Below are positions 1 through 12,500 of a stretch of 64,000 bases of DNA, piece after piece. This DNA comes from Camelus ferus (lineage: Eukaryota): positions 86,368,001 through 86,432,000 of the forward strand of contig NC_045697.1 of assembly GCF_009834535.1 (NCBI RefSeq). Reading direction: 5' to 3'. Numbering within the stretch: the stretch's first letter is position 1; the number at the start of each line of letters is the position of its first letter. The position numbers were made by a program, and so were the translations under genes. The notes beneath the pieces are model-generated. The model ran no database searches. It was not told the origin of the DNA and was given only the letters and a program-made list of their open reading frames with translations.

Positions 1-1469
1 TAACCTCCATATTCACATACTTTTAAAGGTTTTCTTTCATTTGGATTCTTCTTACATCTGATCCTTTTCCTAACTCAAAAGAGAGGGGCTTTCAAAGTGC
101 TTTTGGACCCAAAAGCATAAAACCTGATTTTACTATCTACCAATATTTGTGTCAGCTGCTAGGGAGACAATTAGTTTATGTAAACTGAGATGAATCATGT
201 TATAAATTGTTGGGTTTTGTAAGAATTACTATTATACTTCAGGGAAAAAGTGGCAATGGACTGCTTCTGATAGCTGTATGAATGGGGTGATGATTCAATT
301 ATATGTTATTGAAGTGAGAGTTTATGGAAGAGGAAATATGATTAGCATTCAATAAAAGTGTACATTAGAGAATACATCCTTGGTGTATAGTAACAAGTAA
401 ACAAATGACTGTACTTAGTTCTAATGAAAATGTGACACTGATTTGTGACCTTGGCATTACTTAGTATGTTCCATAAAAATTGCTTTTGAGAATTATAGCT
501 ATTGCTGAGAAGTTTTCAATGGTAAGATGGGCAACATTTAAACTTAATGGGGACAGAGGAAAATTTTTAATTCCATTGTAATACTAACTGAAATATACAT
601 TTCCTGTGCCATTAATAAAGTCAAGAGTGTAACTTTTGCTGTTACTCACCTTTGCTATTACTCAGAACTTTGATTCTGCTAAGGAGAAATGATAGAAAAC
701 TCAAGTCAAATTTAGGAGATTCATAATTTTAGTTTGTCTATTTGTTAACTCAGCAAAAATAGAGTCAATGCTATAGGTTTTCTGTCTAGACAAGCTCTCT
801 CCTAAGGTTTCTGTCTCAAAATGTCTATTCTCTAAATAACTTACACTTTCTCACAGATAAATTGTACTCATATTCCCCCTACCTCATTTTGTTACAGATG
901 AAAAAGTTCATCATTCAGTTGCAATTGCATTTTTTCAGTCTATGGAACATATCCCCATTTTGAAACATTAACCTCTCTTGGCTTCCTTGAGAAGTGGTCT
1001 CCTTCTCACCCTCTTTGCCTCTTTGTCCCTTTGTCCCATTTTGTCTGAGTCTTCTTTCTCTGTCCCTGTGATGAATTCTAGAGAGTGGTACAGCTCAGTC
1101 CTGAGCTACCCTTTAATTTCATGCCCTACTTCCTTCCAGGGTGATCCAATGTACTTTCTTGTCTTTAGTTATTAATGATATGCAAATGACTACCACAGGT
1201 ATATCCCTAGTTAGATGTAGAAGATCACCTTAAAAATGAAAACGCATCGAATAAACTAAAGAGTCAGATTTTTATTTAAAGACACAAAGAAGTATGAATG
1301 AACTAAGTTCAGAGAGGGACAAGCCCTTATGAATGAGCAGAAACCTGGTGCTTCTTCTTCCATCCTGGGAGATGTTTGCTGAGCCTTGAGGCGCGGGAGG
1401 GTGGAGGAACAAGTTTTCCATAGTCAGGAATCTGCTGGGACAAGGAGAAACCAGTTTTTAAATTTGTTT

Positions 1470-4400
1470 TTTCAAGTTGTTTTATTAAGAAGAAATCAGT
1501 ACTATTTGTCCATTCAAAATACGTGATTCAGTGGTTTTTGATATACTTACAGGGTTGTGCAGTCATCATCACACTCTAATTTTAAAACGTATTTGTGGTC
1601 CCCACAAGAAACTCCATTCCCGTCAGAAGTGAATCCCCATCCCCCTCCAGCCATAAAAACCACAAATCTATTTTCTTTATCTATGAATTTGCCTATTCTA
1701 GATATTTCATATGAGAGCTTTGGTAGTTTGATCCAGTTCATATAAATTATCAAATTTCTGGGCATAAAACTGTTTGTAATACTTTTTGTTATCCATTTAA
1801 TATACAATGGATCAGTAGTTATGACCCCTCTTTGATTTTTGATACTGGTAAGTGTATCTTGTCTCTTTTTTTCTTAGTTAGCCTGGCTCAGTCGAGGTTT
1901 ATGAAATTTATTGATCTTGTCAAAGAACCAGTTTTTGGTTTTGGTTATTTTCTCTAATGTTTTTCTTGTTTCAATTTTATTGTGTTCTGTTCTAATTTTA
2001 GTATTTACCTATTTCTGCTTGCTTCCAGATTAAATTGCCCTTCTTTTTCTAATGTCATAAGGTGGAAGCTTAGATTATTGAGTCTAGATATTCCTTTTTG
2101 CTAATATTGTTTCAATGCTATAAGATTCCTTCTAGTCACTGCTTTTATTGCATCTCACAAATTTGATAAATTATATTTTCATTTTTACTAAGTTCAAAAT
2201 ATTTTAAAATTTTTCTTAGGGCTTCTTTTTTGACCCATGTGTTATTTGGAAGTGTGTTGCTTAATTTTCAAATGGGGTTGGAAAAATTTTCCAGCTATCT
2301 TACTGATTTCTAGTTTACTTCTAGTATGGTTTGAGAGCACACATTGTATGATTTCTGCCCAGGATTGGATCTATCTTGGTGAATATTCCATGTGAGCTTG
2401 AGAAGAATGTGTATTCTCCTGTTGTTGGATAGAAAATTCTATAAATATCAATATGATCAAGTTTATTTGTCATGCTGTTTGGTTAATTGTATCTGTACTG
2501 ATTTTCTGCCTGCTTGGTATATCAAGTAATGAAAGAGAGTTCTTGAAGTCTCCCTTGAGTTCTTTGAGTTTTATCTCAATTTATTCTCCTACTGTTTTCA
2601 GGGGTTTATACAGATTTAAGATTGTTATGTCTTCTGGAGAATTGACCCTTTTATCACTCTAATGTCCCTTTAATCCCTGATAATTTTCCTCATTCTGAAA
2701 TCTGCCTTGCCTGAACTTAATGTACCTGCTCCAGCTTTCTCTTGATTTGTGTTAGTGTAGGATGTCTTTCCTCATCTCTTTACTTTTAATGATTCCAAGT
2801 GTTCATATTTAAAGTGAATTTCTTATAGACAAGAAGTTGGGTCCTTTTTTTTTTTTTTAAATCTACTCTGACGCTGCATTTCTTTTCTGTATTTTCACTG
2901 GTGTGTTAAGACCATTCACGTTTAAAGTGATTATTGCTATAGTTGGACTAATAACCATCATGTTAGTAACTTTTTTATATTAATTGAATTTGTTCTTTAT
3001 TTACCCCCTTCTTTTTCTGCTTTCTTTGGTTTTAATTAAGCACTTCATATACTTCCATTTGATCTCCTCTCCTATCATATCAATTATACTTTAAAATATG
3101 AGTGGTTTCCCCAGAGTTTCTAATATACATTTTAAACTATTCTAAGTCCACCTTCAACTAATACTACATCACTTCACACATAGTGCAAGTACTTTATAAA
3201 AGTATTTCTGATTTCTCATCCTACTTTTATGACATTACTGTCATTTTTCACTTATTTATGCATATGCTATATTACTGAACACACAGTTCCTATTGTTGCT
3301 TTAAACAAGGTATCTTTTAGATCAATTAAGAATAAAAAAATGTAATGCTTAAATTTACCTTAATTTATTCCTTCTTCAGTGCTCTTCTTTTCTTTATGTA
3401 AATCCAAGGTTTTGGTCTACATAATTTTCCTTTCCCCTGAAGAACTTCTTTTAATATTATTTGTAGAGCAGCTCTGCCAGCAATGAGTTCCTTGTTTTTG
3501 TTTGTCTGCAAGAGTCTTTTTCTTTCACTTTTGAAGTTTAATTTTCCCTGTATATATAATTCTAGGTCGGGGGCTTTTTCCTTTAAACATTTAAAATATT
3601 TCAGTCCACTCTTTTTTTGTTTACATGGTTTCTGATAAGAAGTCTGTTGTAATTCTTATACTTTTTCCATTTAAAGATAAAGTGTTTTTTTCTCTGACTT
3701 TTTCCTAGGTCTTCTCTTTACTTTAAGTTTTCTGTAGTTTGAATATGATATGCCTGTGTGTGTGTGTTTATTTGTTTTTGGTATTTATCCTGCTTGTTGG
3801 TGTTGTCTGAACTCCCTGGGTCTGTGTTTCGGTGTCTGTTATTAATTGTGGGAAATTCTTAGCCATCATTATTTCAAATATTTCTTCTGCTCCATTTTCT
3901 TTTTTTTTTATATTGCAAATACATCTATCTTATACCTTAACCATTTTTTTGGTTTTTTTTTTTTAACTCTTTGATGTTTTGTCCTATTTGTTTCTTTCCT
4001 TTCTCTCTTTGCATTTCAGTTTGAGAAGGTTCTATTTACACATCTTCAGGCTCACTGATTCTTTCCGTGACTACTTCCACTTTACTGATGGGTCCATCAA
4101 AGGCATTTTTCATTTCTGTTAGTGTTTTGGGTTTCTAGAACTTAAAAAATTTTTTTTCTTAGAGTTCCTATCTCTCTGCTTGTAGTATCCATATTGTAAT
4201 ATAATGTTGCTTCATGTTGCCTACTTTTTCCATTAGAGCCCTTAACATATTAATCATAAGTATTTAAAATTCCCTGTCTGACATTCCCAACACCTGTGTC
4301 AGCCCTGTGTTGCCGGGCCTGCGTGCGTGGTGGAGAATGATTTCAAGTCGGCCTCATGTCTTGCTCTGATTGCTCCTAAGTAGGTGCAGCACAGTTGATG

Positions 4401-5297
4401 TACACATACCTTCCCGACCCCAGAGTTGTCTGTGATCTCAAGAAGGCTCTTCTTATCTGCCTCTTTCTCTGGCTCTTTCAATTAAACTTCTGGCTGCTGT
4501 GCTATTTTGCTTATACAAAGATGAACTGCCTTTTCTTAATTGTTCTCCACCAAAATCTCAGTTTTCAATAATGGCCTTAGGCATGGAGTTCTCCTCTCTC
4601 CTCCCAACAACGTTCCTTCAGGCAGAGCTGCAGAGCTCTTTGCCCTCAGGGACTGCCTTCTCCCCCAGGCAGAACCGCTGCAGCATTGCAGTAAAACTAT
4701 AGGCAGGAAATTGCTCACACCCACCACTGGGGTGGGGGCAGGCCCTGGTTTTCTCAGCCTGCTCCTCCCAGTGTGGGCCCTCTTCCCCACAGCCAGCAAG
4801 GGCTGGATAGGTCAGAGACTTCATGTTTTCAGAGTACCTTACCTGAGTTAGGGTTTCTGTCTTTGAGGGGAAACTGTGTCTGGGAAGACAGATCCCGTCT
4901 GCTACTCCTGCCTGGAGTAGAGCTCCCATGGTGGGTCTGGGAAGGAGAAGAAGCACCAGCTGCTTGACCTCCTTGTGGTCACCATAGCCCCAGACTGGGA
5001 GCAAGGGAGAGAGGAATCTCACTCTTGGTTGCAAATGCCTGTGGTAGTGCTTTTATAATATGGAACTGAGGGTGTGTAGGTAACAGAGCAGATCATGGTT
5101 CATATATCCCAGGTTCTCACTGTTCTTACCCAAGATTTAGTGTAGTTTCTTGAGTGAATGTTTATTTGCTGTATGTCCTTGGCACCATTTCCAGAGACTT
5201 AGAATGATTGGTTTTTATAGTTGTCACCAGTTAAATCATTGTTTGGTTGGAGAAGGGGTCTTCTGAGTTCCTTACTTCATCATTCTGTAAGTCCTGC
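1470..5297 (-). mobile_element. Ancient L1M-type LINE-1 remnants (3' UTR piece 1470-1745; 5' ORF2, ORF1 and 5' UTR 1745-5297)
   Basis: T-rich antisense L1 text (e.g. tttgacccatgtgttattt, ttggtgaatattccatgtgagcttgagaagaatgtgtattct) and an L1M-like 5' terminus near 5295. Subfamily not determined. Confidence 0.75.
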
Positions 5298-5649
5298 CCT
5301 AGCCATCCCATGGCCCCCCCTTTTTTTTAACTGGGGCAGGCATCCAGTGTGGTAAATTGAGGAGCCACAATAAAGGATTAGTCCTTACTACCAGGCAGGA
5401 GCCAAAGAAAACTGCTTCCCCATTTTCTCTTCCAGATGGATGGTCCCAAGGCACATTTCTTATAGCAGTCGTCAGGGATAGCCAGCTTTTGTATCTGCTC
5501 CATTTCTCTCCTTGCCTGTCTTCTCCTTTACTTCCTGATCCAGTGCTTGTTCTTAAGCCTCTGCCTTTGGTTCTGTTAAAACATATGCCATGCATTTTAT
5601 CTTATTTCCTGCTTGATAAATTACATAGTTTCGGCTAACCATTGCATTG

Positions 5650-7024
5650 CATTATTATAAGTTAACGAAAACTAGCAAAAAATTATTGTTTGGCTTATAG
5701 ATTATTATTAGGATGAAAAACATTTATATTAAACTATATGGTTTTAATCTTGATGGCTTTACTCTATTGGTATTATCCCTCAAAATGCATATGAACACAC
5801 TCATTTGAATTAAAAATTAAGACTTTTACTTTTTTAACAGGAAGTCAGTCTGAGTTGGCTAACTGGGATAATAATGAAGCCTAACTTCACTAATTAGGTT
5901 CAGAGTAGACATTTTCTAAACAAGCTTAATCTGAAGCTCTAAGGTTTTGGCAAAACATATTTGAAGCACATAGCGTGATAAAACATTTTATCAAACATAT
6001 TATATGGAAAATGTGCTGATGTTAATATTTCAATTTTCTCTTTTTTTGAATATAATGGGTTAAGCAAGGTGACTACATGAAAAAATATATAGTTAATATC
6101 ATTTGAGTAATTTTGGTAAATTCCTTTTGGAATAAATGACTAATAACTAGAAAACACATCGTTTTGCAACTCAAGAGGTTTGTGATTGGTTTTTAATTCT
6201 AATTCATAATCAAAGAAATAATTTCTGATAATAGACTATAATTTTTTTTGGCACGTAACTCTGAAGAATTTCAAAGAATTAAGTGATATTGATGTAATAA
6301 AACTTCTTTCATCCCTATTTCCCTCTTCCTATCAGCAAGGTTTCTCAGAGCCTACATGAAAAAAAATAGGAATAATCAGGTCTCCTTCAAGCAATCAGTA
6401 AGCTTCACCCACAGATGTACTAATTGAGGAAAAACCACATTTTTCAACAATAACAGATACATTTTCAATACATTTTACTTCTTGTGTAATAAATTTTGTC
6501 AAAGTTTATAAAATAGTTGTTTTGGTTAAATGACTTTCACTAATTGAAATTATAATTCAATCCAGAAGAAAAAAATTAACTCTTACAGCTTTTGTCACAT
6601 GAAATTTTAGGAATTAAATTTATATTTATTTTGTTGCAGAAAAGAAAGGTGTTCAAGAAAAGACTATTAAGCATTAAATATATATTATATTAGATAACAT
6701 TCAGCAGGGGAAGTTGGTGAAATTACAAGTTCAGAAAGAAAAAAATGATGTAAAACTTTTAACTGTTAAAGAATTTGTCCATTTTTATTTTTAAGTGAAT
6801 GATAGTGGGTGTAAATGACTATAGTATTTAGATCCCATTGAATACATTTTAAAGAGTGGTATAGTTTTATTTTTAAATGTCAGTATTTATGCTAGTCTGG
6901 AAAATTGCATCCTTTGCAAATATCTAAGCTTACAATGAAAAATTTAAGATGTTATGGTGTGAAGGGGTATGTTGCTTATGAAATCTTTTGGGAACACAAG
7001 AGCAAGAACATTTGAAGACCATTG
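5650..7024 (+). mobile_element. Degraded hAT-Charlie DNA transposon
   Basis: Transposase relics DIF..NKLNLKL(*)GF near 5908-5947 and FW...EFKELSDI...QQGFS near 6245-6345; Charlie-like terminus tttgaagaccattg. Confidence 0.6.
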
Positions 7025-7317
7025 ACCTGGACCTAGCTGACCCGACCTACTTCACCACTTGGAATTAAGTGCCAAAGAGAAGGCATAGGACAAAAAGCCC
7101 CAAACCTGCAAAGTGACCTAGAACCTTGAAACAACCTTCTTTCTAAATAACTCCTGGAGGAGACAGGAAATAGCCTGAACCAAGATACATAGTGAGCCTT
7201 ATAGAGATTGAAATACAGTATAAAACCAATTGGATTACAACTCTTTTTCAAGTCCTTCAATGGCTTCCCACTGAATTTAGCATAAATTCCAAAAACCTGA
7301 TCACACACTACAACCTT

Positions 7318-7478
7318 GATACTCAGCTTTGTTGCATGGAACAGCAGCAGCAGTATCACCTAGGAGACTGTTGAAAATGTAGAATCTCAGATTCCACCCC
7401 AAACCTTAAAGCAGAATCTGTATTTTAAAAGGATCCCCAGGTAATTTGTATGTATATTAATGTATAAGGGGCACTGGT
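7318..7478. mobile_element. MER5-like hAT MITE
   Basis: Resembles the recalled MER5A consensus (cagcagcagtatcacctaggaga...gaatctcag...gaatctgtattttaa...gatccccaggtaatt). Confidence 0.7.
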
Positions 7479-8109
7479 ATACATGATCATAATGTGTTAT
7501 AATTTAGACAATTAGAGATAGGTCCTCTTCCTCTCCTACATAGGCTTTATCACAAAGTATACGTTATTTATTAATTTTAAATTTTTTATATTGAAATAAT
7601 TTGACTCGCAAGAAGTTGCAAAAACAGTACAGGAAGCTCTGTTCATCTCTAACCCAGCTTTCCCCACTGACATCTTACATAACCATATTACACTTTTAAA
7701 ACCAGGAAATGACATTGAGACAGCAACTTATAAGTTTTTATCTGCTTATTTTGTCTCTTGATCGCACCATTTAAAGTTAAACCCAGTCATTCTGTATCAC
7801 ATTTGCTTGTTTGATTTCCTTCTTTGTACTCATATCTTCTACTCACTGTCTAGAACTATCTAATTTCTTTGTTTACTTGGGTGTTGTCTGTCTCCACTCC
7901 TAGGACACTGAAGGCAAGTAATTTGTTCAACACTGTATAACCAGCACTCACAACAGTGTTATGATTGTTAAGCGAAAGCACAGTAATTGCTTAATAAATA
8001 TTGATTTGATAAATGAATGGATGGAGGGAGAGATCCAATTCCAAATATCATGGTTGATCTGTATGTTAGTAGTTGAGGAACAAACATGTTACAGCAATTA
8101 ATTGTATGC

Positions 8110-8360
8110 AACCAGTAGACAAAAAGTTCTAGAGATCTAATTATAGCCAACAATACTGTATTACATGCTTCAAAATTGCAAAGAGACTAGATCTTAAAAG
8201 TTCTCACCACAAAAAAGAAATGATAATTATATGATGTGATAGAGGTGTTAGCTAAAGCTATGGTGGTAATCGTGTTGTATTATATAAATGTATCAAATCA
8301 ACAAGTTGTATACTCTAAACTTATAGAATGTTGTATGTCAATTGATGATACCAAAAAAAA
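8110..8360 (+). mobile_element. L1MA9-like 3' end
   Basis: aacaatactgtattacatgcttcaaaattgc...gatcttaaaagttctcaccacaaaaaagaaatgataattat...gtatcaaatcaac followed by an A-tail. Confidence 0.75.
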
Positions 8361-9196
8361 ATTATAGAATTTATCAATTCTGATGACCACATTTTATTGT
8401 CGTCATATGTGAAATAGTGGGAAGGAAACATATAACTTCTGTTTCTTTGTCTACAAGACAGGAAAATACAGTAATTCGGACTTTGAAAACTCTTTTCTCA
8501 AGTCTATAATATTATCCTTTGTTGACATATTGTGATTAAATATGTGCAAAATGTCTTTAGGAGGAGGATAGCATACACTCATAAAGAAGTTTTTTCCAGG
8601 AGATAATTTTCAGTTCTGCCTCTTTTTAACTGGACATGGGCAGCTACTTTTTGAAATTGTATCAGAAAGTTGCTTTTTTCAGACAAGGAGGAAATGACAC
8701 TGATAGGGAAGAAAAAGCATTTCAAGGAAAGTAAATTATGGTCATTATGCTAGTTAATATTGAAAATAGTGACTTTTACTGGCTTTGATTTTTACTGCTA
8801 CCAGAGGAATCTGGTGTCTCTGCAAAGATGAATATTTTTGTTTACATCTTTATTTTCATAAATCTTGATACAATGTCTGCACTTTGGATTTCATGATAAG
8901 TCTGACTGCATTATAAACATTTTCTACTTAAGGCTTCATTTGAAAACTCCTTAACGAAACCAGTTTTCAATAGCTAAATACCAGGGCATATGTAGGTGTC
9001 AGTTTTGCACTACTTTTTATATTGTTTTTGAAAGACATCTGCTTTTATCTCTCTGCTATCCTAATTGTAGATTGCCATATCTTCTTGTGAGGAACAAATG
9101 AATTAATGTGTATAAAGAGCTTAGGAAAAAGATATTGGCACATGCTAAGTGCTCAATATGTAATATGAAAATTAATCAAAGTAAACCTCACTAAAA

Positions 9197-9594
9197 TGTT
9201 ATCAGGAGGCCAGAAGGGGGAGCTCTCACACACATACCACTTGACATCAATGCACATGGCAACAAGAAGGGACTTATTTTGCATCTCTGGCAGGAAGTGA
9301 CACTACTTTGCTACCACCAGTAGGAATTAAAAAGACTTTGTCCTTGTCTGGCATCATCTCAGCCAATGAGAGACTGTCACAATTCAGCCATGAAAAGCCA
9401 TTATACTTGGAACTCCCAGTTTCCCCTCATACACTGTTTAAATTCTTCTCTATGAAATAGTTTCCTCTCTGCTTTATCAGACTTATATGTGCTTCACCAC
9501 TGTTGCATACATTGAACTGCAATTCTTTGCTGCTCCTAAATAAATCCGTTTTGCTGGTAAAAATAACTGGCTGTTGTATTGTTTTAGGTTAACA
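9197..9594 (+). mobile_element. 5' LTR of a class I ERV
   Basis: Terminal inverted repeats TGTTA (9197) and TAACA (9594); AATAAA at 9539; followed directly by TGG (PBS-like start), a leader and gag. Confidence 0.8.
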
Positions 9595-12500
9595 TGGAGA
9601 TCTGACCAAGATCCAGAGAAGAGCCACAGTGGGTACAGGTGTCGGTACCCACAGAGTCCAGTGAGTCCATTGCTTACTTGCTGACCCTGGAATTTGAGGG
9701 TGAGTTCTTCTGGATTTGAGCTCTGATCTTTTTGAGTTTTGAAGTCCTCCAGGCTTTAATTGGAATCTGTTTAATGGTGTTGTCCTTTTTTGTTAAGGCC
9801 TTGTTTTGTCTGTGACCACTCATTTGACATTTCAACCTGACTCTTTTGAATCAGGCTGGGACTGTGCTAACTTTCAGTCCAACTCCTTTTGGAACTAGGC
9901 TATTCCTGTTAGAACTGCGCTGTTCAGCCTTTGGCCTGACTCTTTAGGGATCAGGTTGCTCCTATTGGAAGTGTGCTGGTGTTTGACCTGCAAGCTGTTT
10001 AAGAATTATTATTTTGCTCTAGAGAAAAACCTATGAAAGATGGGATCCTAGTTATCTAAATGTTTTGAGGGTGCACTCCTTGCCCCCTTCAGGGAACCAG
10101 GTCAATTTTATGTTTAAAAACTGTGGTACCTCCTCTTGTGCATTTCTAACTAAATGGACCAACTTAACCAAAAGTGATTTAGAGCATCAATGGCCATCAT
10201 GGGGAGCTTTGAACTCTCCAAATTTACCTTTCATAAAACTGTGTTCATTTGACAGCTATAGTTCTGAAATCCTCAAAACTGAATTGGACAACTATTTTGA
10301 TTGGTATTTTGAGGCTTCCAAATGTTATCAGGTCTAAATTTGCCTCTCTGTAACATACAGCGGTTAAATTACCTGAGGTAAACAAACAATTAAAGAAGGA
10401 CAAAATGGCTTCCAAAGCCTCATGTTTGTCTCCCCAGGCTTCTTTGTCTCAGGCCCTGTCTCCAGGCCATCCTCCTCCTCCTCTGACTCTATCAGAACCT
10501 TCCCCTTTAATGTTAAATCTTCTAAATAAAGCCCAAGTTTCTTTTTTTCAAATTAAATCCAAATAAAGCCCAAATTTTTTTTTTAATTGAAGTATAGTCA
10601 ATTACAATGTGTCATTTTCTGATGTACAGTGTAATGACCCAGTCATGAATATATATGTTCATTTTCATATTCTTCGTCATTATAGGTTACTACAAGATAT
10701 TGAATATAGTTCCCAGTGCTATACAGAAAAAATTGTTTTTTTAATCTATTTTATATATAGTAGTTAATATTTGCAGAGCTACAGTAATCAAACTCCCAAT
10801 TTATTCCTTCCCACCCTGTTTCTCTCCAGTAACCATAAGTTTGTTTACTATGTCTGTGATTCTCTTTCTGATTTGTAGATAAGTTCATTAGTGTCTTCTT
10901 TTTTCTTTTTTTTTTCCAGATTCCACATATGAGTGACATTATATGGTATTTTTTCTTTCTCTTTCTGTCTTACTTCACTTAGAATAACTATCTCCAGATC
11001 CATCCATGTTGCTGTAAATGGAATTATTTTATTCTTTTTTATGGCTAAGTAGTATTCCATTGTATAAATATACCACAGCTTTTTAATCCAGTCATCTGTC
11101 CATGGACATTTAGGTTGCTTCCATGTCTTGGCTATTGTATACAGTGCTGCTGTGAACATTGAGGTGCATGTATCTTTTCAAATTAGAACTTCCTCTGGAT
11201 ATATGCCCAGGAGTGGGATTGCTGGATTATATGATAAGTCTATTTTTAGTTTTTTAAGGAATCACCATACTGTTTTCAATAATGGCTGCACCAAACTACA
11301 TTCCCACCAATAGTGTAGAAGGGTTCCCTTTTCTCCACACCCTCTCCAGCATTTATCATTTGTCGACTTTTGAATGATGGCCATTCTGACTGGTGTGAGG
11401 TGATATCTCATAGTAGTTTTGATTTGCATTTCTCCGATAATTAGCGATATTGAATATTTTTTCATGTGCCTGTTGGCCATTTGTATGTCTTCATTGGAGA
11501 ACTGCTTGTTTAGGTCTTCTGCCCATTTTTGGATTTGGTTGTTTGGGTTTTTTGTTGTTGTTGTTGTTATTAAGTTGTATGAGCTGTTTATATATTCTGG
11601 AAATTAAGCCCGTGTAGTCTCATCTTTTGCAAAAATTTTCTCCCATTCTGTAGGTTGTCATTTTGTTTTACTTATGGTTTCCTTTGTTGTGCAAAAGCTT
11701 ATAAGTTTAATTAGGTCCCATTTTTAAATTTTTGCTTTTATTTCTATTGCCTGGGTAGCCTGTCCTAGGAGAACATTGATAAGATTTATGTCAGAAAATG
11801 TTTTGCCTATGTTTTCTTTGAAGAGATTTATTGTGTCTTGTCTTATATTTAAGTCTTTAAGCCATTTTGCGTTTATTTTTGTGTATGACATAAGGGAGTG
11901 TTCTAACTTCATTGATTTACATTCAGCTGTCCAGTTTTCCCAACACTACTTGCTGAAGAGACTGTCTTTTCTCCATTGTACATTCTTGCCTCCTTTGTCG
12001 AAGATTAATTGACCATAAGTCTGTGGGTTTATTTCTGGGCTCTCTATTTTGTTCTATTGATTCATATGTCTGTTTTTGTGCCAATACCATGCTGTTTTGA
12101 TTACTGTAGCTCTGTATTGTCTAAAGTCTGGGAGGGTTGTTCCTCTAGCTTCATTGTTTTTCTTCAGTATTGCTTTGACAATTCTGGGTCTTTTGTGATT
12201 CCATATGAATTTTATGATTATTTGTTCTGGTTCTGTGAAAAATGTCATGGGTAATTTGATAGGGGTCACATTTGATCTGTTGATTGCTTTGGGTAGTATG
12301 GCCATTTTAACAATATTAATTCTTCTAATCTAAGAGCATGGGATATCTTTCCATTTCTTTAATTTATCTTTAATTTCCTTAATCAGTGTTTTGTAGTTCT
12401 CCATGTATAAGTGTTTCACCTCCTTGGTAAGATTTATTCTTAAGTATCTGTTTTGGATGCAATTTTAAAAGGGAATGTTTCTTTACTTTCTTTTCCTGAT

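Noticed and set aside
4299..5034. Cluster of 60-138 aa ORFs
   Set aside because: They fall in the GC-richer 5' part of an ancient L1M element; no domain resemblance or exon structure.
9595..9612. Assignment of the ERV primer-binding site to a specific tRNA
   Set aside because: Starts with TGG but is too degenerate to match a tRNA 3' end by eye.
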